From Candidatus Uhrbacteria bacterium (GTDB lineage Bacteria; Patescibacteriota; Patescibacteriia; UBA9934; GWF2-40-263): 62,217 nt of DNA. The translations under genes and the position numbers were made by a program. Within the stretch, counting starts at the first letter, position 1. Each line of letters starts with the position of its first letter. This document shows positions 15,001 to 20,126 of this stretch, piece after piece. The notes below the pieces were generated by a model. It searched no databases, had not been told where the DNA came from, and saw nothing but the letters and a program-made list of their open reading frames with translations. The stretch spans positions 1 through 62,217 of the forward strand of contig JAZDEQ010000032.1 in NCBI GenBank assembly GCA_043808565.1, written 5' to 3'.

Positions 15001-16789
15001 CGTGCTTTTGCCAGCTGTTTCTGAAGATGGTTTTTATCAAGATTATGATCCAGGTGATGTTGACGTGATCAATCTTGATAATGATACCGCTGGCATCACT
15101 CTAACCGAATCGGGTGATTCAACGGCTGTGACCGAAGACGGATTGGCTGATTCTTACACTCTGTCTCTTGATTCCCAGCCATTGAGCGATGTTACGGTTA
15201 GTTGGTCTTTTGCGGGCAATGACATTGTTTTGATCGAATCAACTTTTGTTTTCACGCCAGCCAACTGGAATCAAACCCAAGCGGTTTTTGTTGAAGCCGT
15301 TGACGATCAAATTGACGAAGAAGATTCTAAAATTACGGAAGTAGTTAATTTGGTTGTTAGCGCCGATGGGCTTTATAATAATTTAGAAGTTCCAAACGTT
15401 TCTGTGGCGGTTTCTGATAATGATACGGCCGTAATTATTTTGACCGAAAGCGATGCTTTTACCGAAGTCAGAGAAAATGGTTTCACCGATTCCTTCACCT
15501 TAGTTTTAAATTCAGAGCCAACTGCGAACGTTGTCATTGCACTATCTCCAGATGCCCAGGTCGCTGCCGATCAAGCAACCGTGACTTTTACTTCAGCTAA
15601 TTGGAATTTGCCACAAACCGTTGTTGTCTCCGCGATTGATGACAACGATAATGAAATGGCGGCTCATGAAGGTATATTAAGTTTCACGGTTACCAGTGAG
15701 GACGCTTTTTACAACGAGATGGCTTTAGAAAGTCTGGCGGTTACAGTGCGAGATAATGATGGTGGCAGCAGTTGGCCAACCGAGCCAACTTCTGGATCAG
15801 GTTGGAGTTCAACTAGCAGTCAAACCACCTTTACTAATCCAACCACTGGTACAATTCTGACAGCCGAACAAACCGTAACTCTTAGTTGGACTAGTACGAA
15901 TTATTCTAACTTTGTTAATTTGCTGTGGTCATTGGATGGCGGTTCAACTTTTGATGTGTTGGCCAATTGGGTACCAAATTATGGTTATTATCTTTGGACC
16001 GTACCTAATGTTGTCAGCGATTCAGTGGTCTTAAAAATTCAGATTACCGATTTGGCCACCATTTCCGCTTCGGCCACGGTTAATGTGAAAATTGAAAAAG
16101 TTGTAGAACCGATTGAAGAAGTACCGGAAGAAACCACGGAAGCACCAAACGAAGAAGATAATGAAATCGAAGAAGAAACTCCTGATGAAGAAACCGAAGA
16201 TCTTTTTATGAGTTCGACTTTAGAAAAAACCTTTGGTGAACGCTGGTTACAGGATTTTGCTAATAGCGGATTGTCAGAAACCGGTTTTCCAAATAATGTG
16301 CCTCTCGGTTCATTGGTTAAACTTCCAGATGATGGTAACCCGAACACTCAATACGATGCCGCGGTTTATTATGTTGGCTCTGATTACCGCCGTCATCCGT
16401 TCCCCAGCGAAGCGGTTTACGAAAGTTGGTTCTCGACTTTTTACGGTATTGTAATTTTAGATCCTCAAACCATGGCCCGAATACCTGTTGGCCCCTTAGT
16501 CACCTATCGACCAGGCTCACGATTGGTTAAGTTTGAGGCGTCACCTCGAGTCTATTTTGTTGACGCCAGTGCCGGCCTGCGATGGATTACTTCTGAGAAA
16601 CTAGTCCGACAACTCTATGGAGAAAATTGGAATAAGTTAGTTGATGATATTTCCGATACTTTTTGGACCAGCTATCATTTTAATCAGAATTTGGTGGTGA
16701 TCAATGACCAGAATTGGAATAATTTGATTTTTACTAAACGTCGAGTTGACCAAGGGATGGAGTGGGTTTATAATAATCTTAATCGTTAA
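11..16789 (+). CDS. Giant surface/secreted repeat protein (at least 5592 aa). N-terminal Gly/Thr-rich beta-helix-like region, 38 Calx-beta-like units, 4 longer related units, Ser/Thr-rich module, acidic linker, non-repeat C-terminal domain. Probably 5'-partial.
   Basis: Single uninterrupted ORF. There is no in-frame stop in nt 2-10, so the TTG at 11 is probably not the real start. The recurring unit signature ...DYSITASPITITAGNTTADITITI.ND.LDE.NETVIVTMG.PTNATQG.TTVHTATINDNDD matches the Calx-beta pattern (DY...G...I.I..D...E..E.f.v.L). Confidence 0.9.
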   Translation: MTLSGNYTQSGGTFTGGAATATFGGAFSLSGGTFNAGSSTKTFTGAFSMSGGAFNGDSATLDFNNSFTINNAAATFTSTSGTLTFDHGWSHTAGTFNHNNGTVKWDGSGVGSYNFDVNSSEDFYNLVIDCGGASACASDYVVITSPDSLNITHDLYLTDGQIIAAVGATLNAKGDIYITDSYSDSNNGPSTLYVNGTSAQNITSSGTGILYGHHLSIANTTGVSLGSNISLTGYNSRNLDLSGTLDLNGYNLSVNATTTVSSGGNLRLKGGETFTGTAPTLSAGSTVTYDGAAGPYSIKDWTYTSATLAINGGASSVFNFGSTETVTNLTITQGILSLNGYSPTVSSTFSNNDTLRLKGSETPSLTMDTDSGTVQFVGDADSGADSYTVTTLSPTYYNLTINSTDGATDTFALGSAVDINNTFTLTAGTFDVSASDYAMTVGGNFAKTGTFTARSGTVTFDDVTKTSVISGATSFYGLRSVTPDKNIQFTASVTQTVTGALTFTGSADHLIVLRSTSDGTRWGLTLSGTQSVAYVDVKDSDASGGTQITPSASTNSLNNLNWSFETIEVNWTATSQSASESAGTMTVTAQLSLATALDVTVPFTVTGTATGGGTDYSITASPITITAGNTTADITITIVSDSVDEANETVIVTMGDPTNATKGLVDVHTATINDDDDPPSIAVADVEVAEGIGTATVTVTMTGTSYQSVSVNYATSNGTAVSGSDYTSASSTLTWTAGQTGAKTFNVSISDDSLDENNETVNITLSDVVNGTISDSAGVLTITDNDDLPTVAWTSSSQAESEGGDGSMTVTAQLSAVSGRDVSVPFTVTGTATGSGTDYSITASPITITAGQTTSNITITITNDVVDEANETVIVTMDDPTNATKGATTVHTATINDNDDIPTVSFTASSQAESEGGDGTMTVTAELSATSGLDVTVPFEVTGTAAGSGTDYSITVSPITITAGNTTADIIITITNDTIDEANETVIVTMGSPTNATQGATTVHTATINDNDDPPVVTVTSTSQSKAESAGTASITVQIDAVSGLNVSVPFTLSGTAATPADYTITVSPVTITAGQTTTTITYTIIDDALDESSETAIVTLGTPTNGTLGTDTVHTLTITDNDDAPTVSFTASSQAESEGGDGTMIVTAELSAASGLDVTVPFEITGTATGSGTDYSITASPITITAGNTTADITITITNDTIDEANETVIVTMGSPTNATQGTTTVHTATINDNDDPPTVAVADVEVSEGVGTATVTVTMTGSSYQSVSVDYATSDGTAVAGSDYTSASSTLTWTAGQTGAKTFNVTIADDSDYEPSETVNINLSNVVNGTISDEAGVLTITNNDDPPTVSWTASSHSSAESAGTMTVTAQLSAVSGFNAIIPFTLSGTAIENTDYSITATPITITAGNTTANITITITDDALDEANETVILTMGSPTNATQGATTVHTATVNDNDATPTVTFTASSQSAAESAGTMTVTAQLSAVSGRDVIVPFTMTGTATGGGTDYSITVSPITITAGNTTANITITITNDLLDEANETVIITMGVPTNADQGTTTVHTATINDNDDTPTVAWTTSSQSASEAAGTMTVTAELSAASGLDITVPFTLSGTATLTDDFSPTSSPITITAGSTTSNITITIVNDIFDENNETVVVTMGSPTNATQGTTIEHTATINDNEDPPVVSWTVASQSGDESAGTMTVTATLSEVSNLDVTVPYTLTGTATGSGTDYSITASPIIIESGNLTAAVTVTLVDDLIDELNETVIVTIGDPTNATRGAAYVHTVTINDNDASPSLAIADNSVAEDGGSVTVTVTMTGVSSQTVSVDYSTSNNTAVAGSDYTNKSGTLTWTAGQTGDKTFTVSITEDALDEENETFVISLSNVSNGTISDSSATITINDNDNAPTVAWTSSSQSGDEDVGTFTVTAQLSAVSGKNVSIPFTLSGTATNNGTDYSSTASPITITAGSTTANITLTIVNDVLPEANETIVVTMGNPTNATKGVTTVHTATVNDNDATPTVTFTTASQSAVESAGTMTVTAQLSAASGLDITVPFTLSGTAIENIDYSITATPITITAGNTTADITITITDDALDEANETVILTMGSPTNATQGATTVHTATINDNDATPTVTFTASSQSAAESAGTMTVTAQLSAVSGRDVSVPFTVTGTATGSGTDYSITATPITITAGNTTADITITITNDLLDEANETVILTMGSPTNATQGITTVHTATINDNDDAPTVSFTTSSQAESEGGDGTMTITTELSAASGLDITVPFTVTGTATGSGTDYSITATPITITAGNTTADITITITNDALDEANETVIVTMGSLTNATQGTTTVHTATINDDDDVPTVVWTVGSQSAAESAGTMTVTAQLSFAYGLDVAVPFTVTGTATGSGNDYSITASPITITAGSTTANITVSIVDDFYDEANETVIVTMGDPTNATKGTTTVHTATINDNDETPTVAWTASSQAESESGDGTMTITAQLSFTSAFDVTIPFTLTGTATGSGTDYSITASPSTITAGNTTADITITITNDTLDENNETVIVTMGDPTNATQGATTVHTATINDDDETPTVTFTTSSQSAAESVGTMTITAELSAVSGRDVLVPYTLTGTATGSGTDYSITVSPITVTAGNTTADITITITNDTLDENNETVIVTMGSPTNATQGATTVHTATINDNDDTPTVSFTASSQSAVESAGTMTITAELSAVSSLGVVVPYTLTGTATGSGTDYSITTTPITITAGQTTADITITITNDTLDENNETVIVTMGSPTNATQGTTTVHTATIEDNDATPTVAWTASSQTAAETVGTMTVTAQLSAASGLEVSVPFTVTGTAAGSGNDYSITASPITITAGQTTANITISVVDDLLDEANETVIVTMGSPTNATQGTTTVHTATINDNEGSPEVYWSASSQSAAENAGVMTVTAELSAASGLDVIVPFTITGTATGSGTDYSITASPITITAGNTTADITITTTNDTLDETNETVIVTMGLPTNATQGTPTVHTATINDNDNPPTVSWTVVSQDADESENIIVTAQISALSSFDVTVPFTISGTAIESTDYTITASPITILAGQNTAQAIITVTDDVPDEVNETIVLTIGDPTNATKGATTEQTAVILDNDSPPTVSWTTDIQSAAESTGTITVTAQLSAVSGKNISIPYTLTGTAAGSGTDYSITASPISITAGSTTANVTITITNDVLDEDNETVIVTLGDPTNASRGLTSVHTATIEDNDEMPVVSFTSASQSGSEAAGTLTLVAEISAVSGRGVSIPFTVTGTATGSGEDYSVTTSPITMAAGQTTAEITINLTDDSYDELDETVIITMGNPTNATNGAATVHTATIEDNDPTPLVNWTISSQTFSENGNEITLTAELSGASDLTVSIPFTLSGIATGDGADYSISASPLVINPRQTSVNITITITDDILDEANETVIVTIGNPINALIGTTTVHTLTITDNDDPPTVSFTTASQSAAESTNMTITAQLSTVSSFNVSLPFTVTGTATGSETDYSITTSPITITAGSTTADITITVIDDDLDENNETVIITMGNPTNATKGAITVHTATINDNDEAPTVAWTSVSQFVAESVGSFNLMVQASAISGRDITVPFTINGTAVGSGTDYTILESSVTILTGETTANVSVSIIDDAIDEINETIVITMGDPTNATKGASTVHTINITDNDPPPSIVVSDIEVSEGIGTAAVTVTMTGTSSRSVSVDYLTSDDTALSGSDYTATSGTLTWTAGQTGVKTFNVSIINDTIDENNETLNLTLSNVVNGTISDSAAILTITDNDDPPVVSVTATSQSKSESAGTATVTVQLNTVSGLDVTIPFTLSGTATNNTDYSITASPVTILAGQTTTIITYTITDDVLDEANETAIVTLGAPTNGTLGTDTIHALTITDNDDPPTVTVTATSQSKSEETETATVTVQLNTASGLDVTIPFALSGTAINETDYTITASPVTITAGQTTTTITYTITDDVLDEANETAIVTLVVPTNGTLGSDTVHALTITDNDDPPTVSWTASSQSANEDAGTMTVTAELSTVSGKDISIPFTLSGTATGSGADYSIVASPIIITAGNTTADITITLINDILDEANETIIVTMDDPTNATKGDTTVHTATITDNDDPPIVTVSSTSQSKSEETETATVTVQLNTASGLDVTIPFTLSGTATNNTDYSITASPVTISAGQTTTTITYTVTDDVLDEAGETAIVTLGAPTNGTLGSDTVHTLTITDNDDSPTVAWTASSQLVDESTNSITVTAQLSVVSGLDVSIPFSVTGTATGGGTDYSISASPITIIAGQTTANIVVSPVNDLVDEINETIIVTMGEPVNAIQGATTIHTATINDDDATPTITIEDKEVVESEDSVLMTLNLTGVSSRDISVDYSTTDGTAVTGDDYIETTGTVTWLAGQTGEKTFEILVIDDLLDEETESLNLLLANSVNAEISDASASLTITDNDDIPTVVWSSLSQEVDEGVDEVVVTVELSAVSGLDITIPFALTGTAINADYSVTASPITITAGQASANIVVAVVDDALDENNETIILTMGNPTNANKDSADASTVSVFDNDDPPTVSWSASTQNADEDSETMTVTAELSTVSGLGVTIPFVVSGSSTATGSGTDYSITASPIIITAGQTTAEITINLTDDSLDENNETVILTMGDPTNATLGVVTTHTATINDNDALPVVNWGLSTQEVDEDEETATVSAAITAVSGLAVVLSWELSGTAASGTDFSIEDELLTIPAGSLTAEFSINITDDFVDENSETIILEMTGIENATAGQTTQTITIEDNDSAALTVTESSGSTVVSEVGFTDSFLVALSSEPLDEVSVLIETNGQTSVSLSNLTFTSANWSTPQEITVLAVDDDIAEGDHNDSIRIISASDDTLYDNLEETFSVEVSDNDTAGVAVSAISGDVSEGGGSATFEVVLTSQPTFEVIISFESSDETEGEMDPMDIFFTPEDWNVPQTITVTGADDFVDDGDQGFDIVLLPAVSEDGFYQDYDPGDVDVINLDNDTAGITLTESGDSTAVTEDGLADSYTLSLDSQPLSDVTVSWSFAGNDIVLIESTFVFTPANWNQTQAVFVEAVDDQIDEEDSKITEVVNLVVSADGLYNNLEVPNVSVAVSDNDTAVIILTESDAFTEVRENGFTDSFTLVLNSEPTANVVIALSPDAQVAADQATVTFTSANWNLPQTVVVSAIDDNDNEMAAHEGILSFTVTSEDAFYNEMALESLAVTVRDNDGGSSWPTEPTSGSGWSSTSSQTTFTNPTTGTILTAEQTVTLSWTSTNYSNFVNLLWSLDGGSTFDVLANWVPNYGYYLWTVPNVVSDSVVLKIQITDLATISASATVNVKIEKVVEPIEEVPEETTEAPNEEDNEIEEETPDEETEDLFMSSTLEKTFGERWLQDFANSGLSETGFPNNVPLGSLVKLPDDGNPNTQYDAAVYYVGSDYRRHPFPSEAVYESWFSTFYGIVILDPQTMARIPVGPLVTYRPGSRLVKFEASPRVYFVDASAGLRWITSEKLVRQLYGENWNKLVDDISDTFWTSYHFNQNLVVINDQNWNNLIFTKRRVDQGMEWVYNNLNR
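1703..14422 (+). repeat. Tandem array of 38 coding repeat units of about 335 nt (~111 aa), Calx-beta-like
   Basis: I counted the units one by one in the translation. Each ends in an (I/L/V)x(D/N)(N/D)(D/E)x boundary such as INDNDD or ITDNDD. 12720 nt divided by 38 gives about 335 nt per unit. Confidence 0.85.
14423..15763 (+). repeat. Four longer (~112 aa) related repeat units of a second type (...NW..PQ...V.A.DD...E....), each ending in DNDT or DNDG
   Basis: The units start AALTVTESSG.., AGVAVSAISG.., AGITLTESGD.. and AVIILTESDA.. and share the motif (F/V)T(S/P)ANW(S/N).PQ...V.A(V/I)DD. Confidence 0.75.
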
Positions 16790-16814
16790 GACAGGGACTA
16801 AGTTTATTGAAAAC

Positions 16815-17010
16815 CGGCTTTTAGAGACCAGTCGCCATGGCTGCAAGCGACCGGAGCCAAAAGGCTCAATAAATACCACCTCTCGAGCGATTAAAAATTA
16901 AGATTTGAGCGACCCCGCCGCTCGCGAGCAGCGGGGTAATTCGGGTGGAACCTCCCATGATTTTTAACCATGGGGCCCGAGGATTAATTATTAATCGTCG
17001 GTTTTTTATT
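16815..17010 (+). promoter_or_regulatory. T-box riboswitch-like leader of thrS (Thr specifier, antiterminator/terminator switch)
   Basis: AGAGA motif at 16823-16827. ACC (Thr) codon followed by A at 16875-16878 in an A-rich loop. Stem III hairpin at 16913-16936. T-box core GGGUGGAACC at 16943-16952. Antiterminator: helix A1 16940-45/16976-81, 7-nt bulge UGGAACC 16946-52, helix A2 16953-59/16969-75. Competing terminator at 16977-17001 followed by a T6 run. Confidence 0.6.
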
Positions 17011-17013
17011 TAT

Positions 17014-18789
17014 ATGGATAAAGAAAATTTGGAGAAAATGCGTCATTCTTGCGAGCACGTTTTAACCATGGCCATGATGCGGCTGTGGCCCGGTCAAATT
17101 AAGGCGGCCATGGGGCCGGCCACGGACGAGGGTTTTTATTTTGACTTTGATACGGAACTTAAAATCACTGAGGAAGATTTTAAAAAAATCGAAGAGGAAA
17201 TGGCCAAAATTATCAAAGAAGATTTGCCGATCATCAAAGATGAAATGACCGTGGAAGAAGCCAAGAAATTTTTTGGTGGCAATACTTATAAAGATAATCA
17301 ATACAAACACGAATGGCTTGAGCTTATTGAGGCGCGCAATGAAAAAATTAGTGTTTACTGGCTGGGCGAAAAAGGTCAAGACATGCCGCAAACTTTTGTC
17401 GACATTTGTTCGGGCCCGCACTTGGAATCATCTGGAAAAATTGGCGCTTTCAAGCTGCTCAAAACCGCGGGTGCTTATTGGCACGGTGATGAGAAAAATA
17501 AAATGTTGACCAGAATTTATGGCACGGCTTTTGAAACTCAGGCTGATCTAGATAATTATTTACTCATGCTTGAGGAAGCCAAAAAACGTGATCACAAAAT
17601 TTTAGGTCCGGCTTTGGATTTGTTTACTTTTTCCGATTTGGTTGGTCCAGGCTTACCACTCTGGACACCGCGCGGGACAATTCTTCGCAACACGCTCGAT
17701 GAGTTTGTTTGGCGTTTGCGAAAAAAACACGGTTACGTGAAAGTGGAAATTCCTCACATCACCAAAAAAGATTTATACGTGACGAGTGGCCATTGGGATA
17801 AGTATAAAGACGACTTGTTTAAAATTACCACTCGTGAAGGTCATGAATTTGCCATGAAGCCCATGAACTGTCCTCACCATACTCAGATTTATGCTCGTCA
17901 GCTTTGGAGCTATCGCGAATTACCACAGCGTTATGCTAATACCACCACTTGCTACCGTGATGAACAGACTGGCGAACTTTCTGGTTTGTCTCGTGTTCGA
18001 GCTTTTGCTCAGGATGATGCACATGTCTTCTGTCGGTTAACTCAAGCTAAAGAAGAATTCTTAAAAATTTGGGATATCATCCACGAGTTTTATCCAGTCT
18101 TTGGTTTTGAACTTAAGGTTCGTTGGTCGATTCACGATCCAGCTCATCCGGAAAAATATTTAGGCGATCCGGAAAATTGGAAAATCGCCGAAGGCATGTT
18201 AAAAGAAATTATTGAAGAGAAAAAAGTTGATTGGTTTGAAGGGGTTGGCGAAGCCGCTTTCTACGGGCCAAAATTGGACTTTATGGCCAAGGATGCCATT
18301 GGTCGCGAATGGCAAGTGGCCACCATTCAGCTCGACATGAATATGCCCGAGCGATTTGATTTGGTCTGCGTTAATGAAAAAGGCGAGAAAGAAAGAATCG
18401 TCATGATTCACGCCGCCATTATGGGATCGATCGAACGTTTTCTTTCGATTCTTATTGAACACACAGCCGGCGCTTTTCCAATGTGGCTCGCGCCAACACA
18501 GATTCGTCTGGCGACGGTTGGCTCGGATTTTGTTCCGTTTGCCAAGGATCTTTTATCTAAATTAGACACGGCTGGTTTGCGGGCCGAGCTTGATGATAGT
18601 GATGAAAAAGTCGGCAAAAAAATTCGCAATTCTGCCATGATGAAAATTCCTTGGACCATTGTCATTGGCGCCCAAGAGGCTAGTGGCGGTGATTTCAAAA
18701 TCAATGTTTTTGGTCAAGAAGAAAATTTGCTGGTTCCCGCGACTGAATTGGTCGCTAAAGCAGTAGAGGCGGGGAAGATCGGGAAGTAA
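17014..18789 (+). CDS. thrS: Threonyl-tRNA synthetase (lacks the N-terminal TGS domain; starts just before the HxxxH editing motif)
   Basis: HSCEH editing motif, class II motifs (FRDEQTGELSGLSRVRAFAQDDAH, GSIERF) and a C-terminal anticodon-binding domain. The start was moved from the ORF-track 16945 to ATG 17014 because 16945-17013 is the leader terminator. Confidence 0.93.
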   Translation: MDKENLEKMRHSCEHVLTMAMMRLWPGQIKAAMGPATDEGFYFDFDTELKITEEDFKKIEEEMAKIIKEDLPIIKDEMTVEEAKKFFGGNTYKDNQYKHEWLELIEARNEKISVYWLGEKGQDMPQTFVDICSGPHLESSGKIGAFKLLKTAGAYWHGDEKNKMLTRIYGTAFETQADLDNYLLMLEEAKKRDHKILGPALDLFTFSDLVGPGLPLWTPRGTILRNTLDEFVWRLRKKHGYVKVEIPHITKKDLYVTSGHWDKYKDDLFKITTREGHEFAMKPMNCPHHTQIYARQLWSYRELPQRYANTTTCYRDEQTGELSGLSRVRAFAQDDAHVFCRLTQAKEEFLKIWDIIHEFYPVFGFELKVRWSIHDPAHPEKYLGDPENWKIAEGMLKEIIEEKKVDWFEGVGEAAFYGPKLDFMAKDAIGREWQVATIQLDMNMPERFDLVCVNEKGEKERIVMIHAAIMGSIERFLSILIEHTAGAFPMWLAPTQIRLATVGSDFVPFAKDLLSKLDTAGLRAELDDSDEKVGKKIRNSAMMKIPWTIVIGAQEASGGDFKINVFGQEENLLVPATELVAKAVEAGKIGK

Positions 18790-18802
18790 AAAGTAAGAAA
18801 AT

Positions 18803-18830
18803 AAAAAATGGCTTAATTAAGCCATTTTTT
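18803..18830 (+). terminator. Rho-independent terminator after thrS
   Basis: Hairpin atggcttaa/ttaagccat followed by T6. Confidence 0.75.
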
Positions 18831-18862
18831 AGTTTTAACTCCATATTTTAGATATAAATATC

Positions 18863-18891
18863 TTGACTTAGGTAGTAAAATTTGATATAAT
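18863..18891 (+). promoter_or_regulatory. Sigma-70-type promoter (TTGACT, 17-nt spacer, TATAAT)
   Basis: TTGACT at 18863-68 and TATAAT at 18886-91 with an exact 17-nt spacer. It sits 5-14 nt upstream of the candidate start codons, which implies a very short or absent leader. Confidence 0.6.
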
Positions 18892-18895
18892 TATC

Positions 18896-20035
18896 TTGAC
18901 AAATATGTTTGATAGGCAAATAAAAAATAAGATTTTAGCTGAATTTAAAAATGGCTTTGTGACCATAATTTATGGTCCGCGCCGAGTTGGAAAAACTATT
19001 CTTTTGAAACAAATAAAGGAAGCACTAATTGAAAAAGAAATCCTGGTTTTTAATGGCGACACACAAGAGGCGATTGAGGCTTTGGCCACCAATTCTGAAA
19101 TTAAGCTATCAAATTTGGTTAAGAACCATGAGGTTATTTTTGTCGATGAAGCTCAGAGAATTCCTAATATAATGTTGGCTTTAAAAATTATTGTTGATAA
19201 GTTTCCAGAAAAGAAAATTATTGTTACCGGATCCTCATCGTTACAATTATCGAGCGGAGCGAAAGAAAATTTGACCGGACGGAATATTTCATATTTGCTT
19301 TATCCTTTAAGCACCAAAGAATTGTTACAAAATACCGAAGATTATCAAGCCCCAGCGCTTTTAGAAGAGCAATTAGTTTTTGGCGGCTATCCGTATCTTT
19401 ATTCGTTAAGTTCAAAAACTGAAAAAGAAAATTATTTGTCGCAAATCGTCGAGGATTATCTTTTTAAAGACGTTTTAATGTTAGAGCACCTTGATCATCC
19501 CGAAACTTTTAAAAAATTGGCGATTCTTTTGGCTTTTCAAATTGGCCATGAAGTATCTTTAAACGAACTTTCCGTTACTTTGGGGGTTGAAGTTAAAACG
19601 GTTTCCCGCTACTTGGATTTGCTCGAAAAAAGTTTTGTGATTTTTCAGCTTGACGCTTATTCAACCAATTTAAGAAATGAAATAAATAAAAAGAAAAAAT
19701 ATTATTTTTATGATTTAGGTATTAGAAACGCTTTGATCGGGCAGTTTCAAGCCTTAACTAATCGAGTTGACGTTGGTCAGTTGTGGGAGAATTTTTTGTT
19801 GGTAGAAAGAAAGAAAAAAGAAGCTGTCGAAGGAGTAAACAAACGTCATTATTTTTGGCGCAATTATCTCGGCGCTGAAGTTGATTTTATTGAAATTGAC
19901 GGTGAAAATACCATGACAGCCTTTGAATTTAAATGGAAAAAAGATCGAGTTAAAACCCCAAAAAATTTTTTTGATAATTATGGAGTTTCCGTAAGAATTG
20001 TTAATCAAGAAAATTATTTGGAATTTGTAAAGTAA
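18896..20035 (+). CDS. AAA+ superfamily ATPase (COG1373-like, AAA_14 + DUF4143 architecture)
   Basis: Walker A GPRRVGKT, Walker B VIFVDEAQ, and a C-terminal region typical of DUF4143 proteins. The real start may be ATG 18905 (MFDRQ...). Confidence 0.8.
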   Translation: MTNMFDRQIKNKILAEFKNGFVTIIYGPRRVGKTILLKQIKEALIEKEILVFNGDTQEAIEALATNSEIKLSNLVKNHEVIFVDEAQRIPNIMLALKIIVDKFPEKKIIVTGSSSLQLSSGAKENLTGRNISYLLYPLSTKELLQNTEDYQAPALLEEQLVFGGYPYLYSLSSKTEKENYLSQIVEDYLFKDVLMLEHLDHPETFKKLAILLAFQIGHEVSLNELSVTLGVEVKTVSRYLDLLEKSFVIFQLDAYSTNLRNEINKKKKYYFYDLGIRNALIGQFQALTNRVDVGQLWENFLLVERKKKEAVEGVNKRHYFWRNYLGAEVDFIEIDGENTMTAFEFKWKKDRVKTPKNFFDNYGVSVRIVNQENYLEFVK

Positions 20036-20049
20036 AGTTAAAAAAATAA

Positions 20050-20087
20050 AAAACCGTTCATTTTGATTTTGAACGGTTTTTTTATTT
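20050..20087. terminator. Bidirectional terminator between convergent genes
   Basis: Hairpin aaaaccgttc/gaacggtttt flanked by an A-run and a T-run. A second hairpin at 20095-20117 (actggtgaca/tgtcaccagt) lies next to it. Confidence 0.7.
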
Positions 20088-20126
20088 ATTTTAGACTGGT
20101 GACAAATTGTCACCAGTTCACATCTA

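Noticed and set aside
16945-17013. The ORF track gives thrS an N-terminal extension (MEPPMIFNHGARGLIINRRFFIY).
   Set aside because: This segment coincides with the T-box antiterminator/terminator and its T-run. It has no similarity to ThrRS N-terminal domains, so ATG 17014 is the more plausible start.
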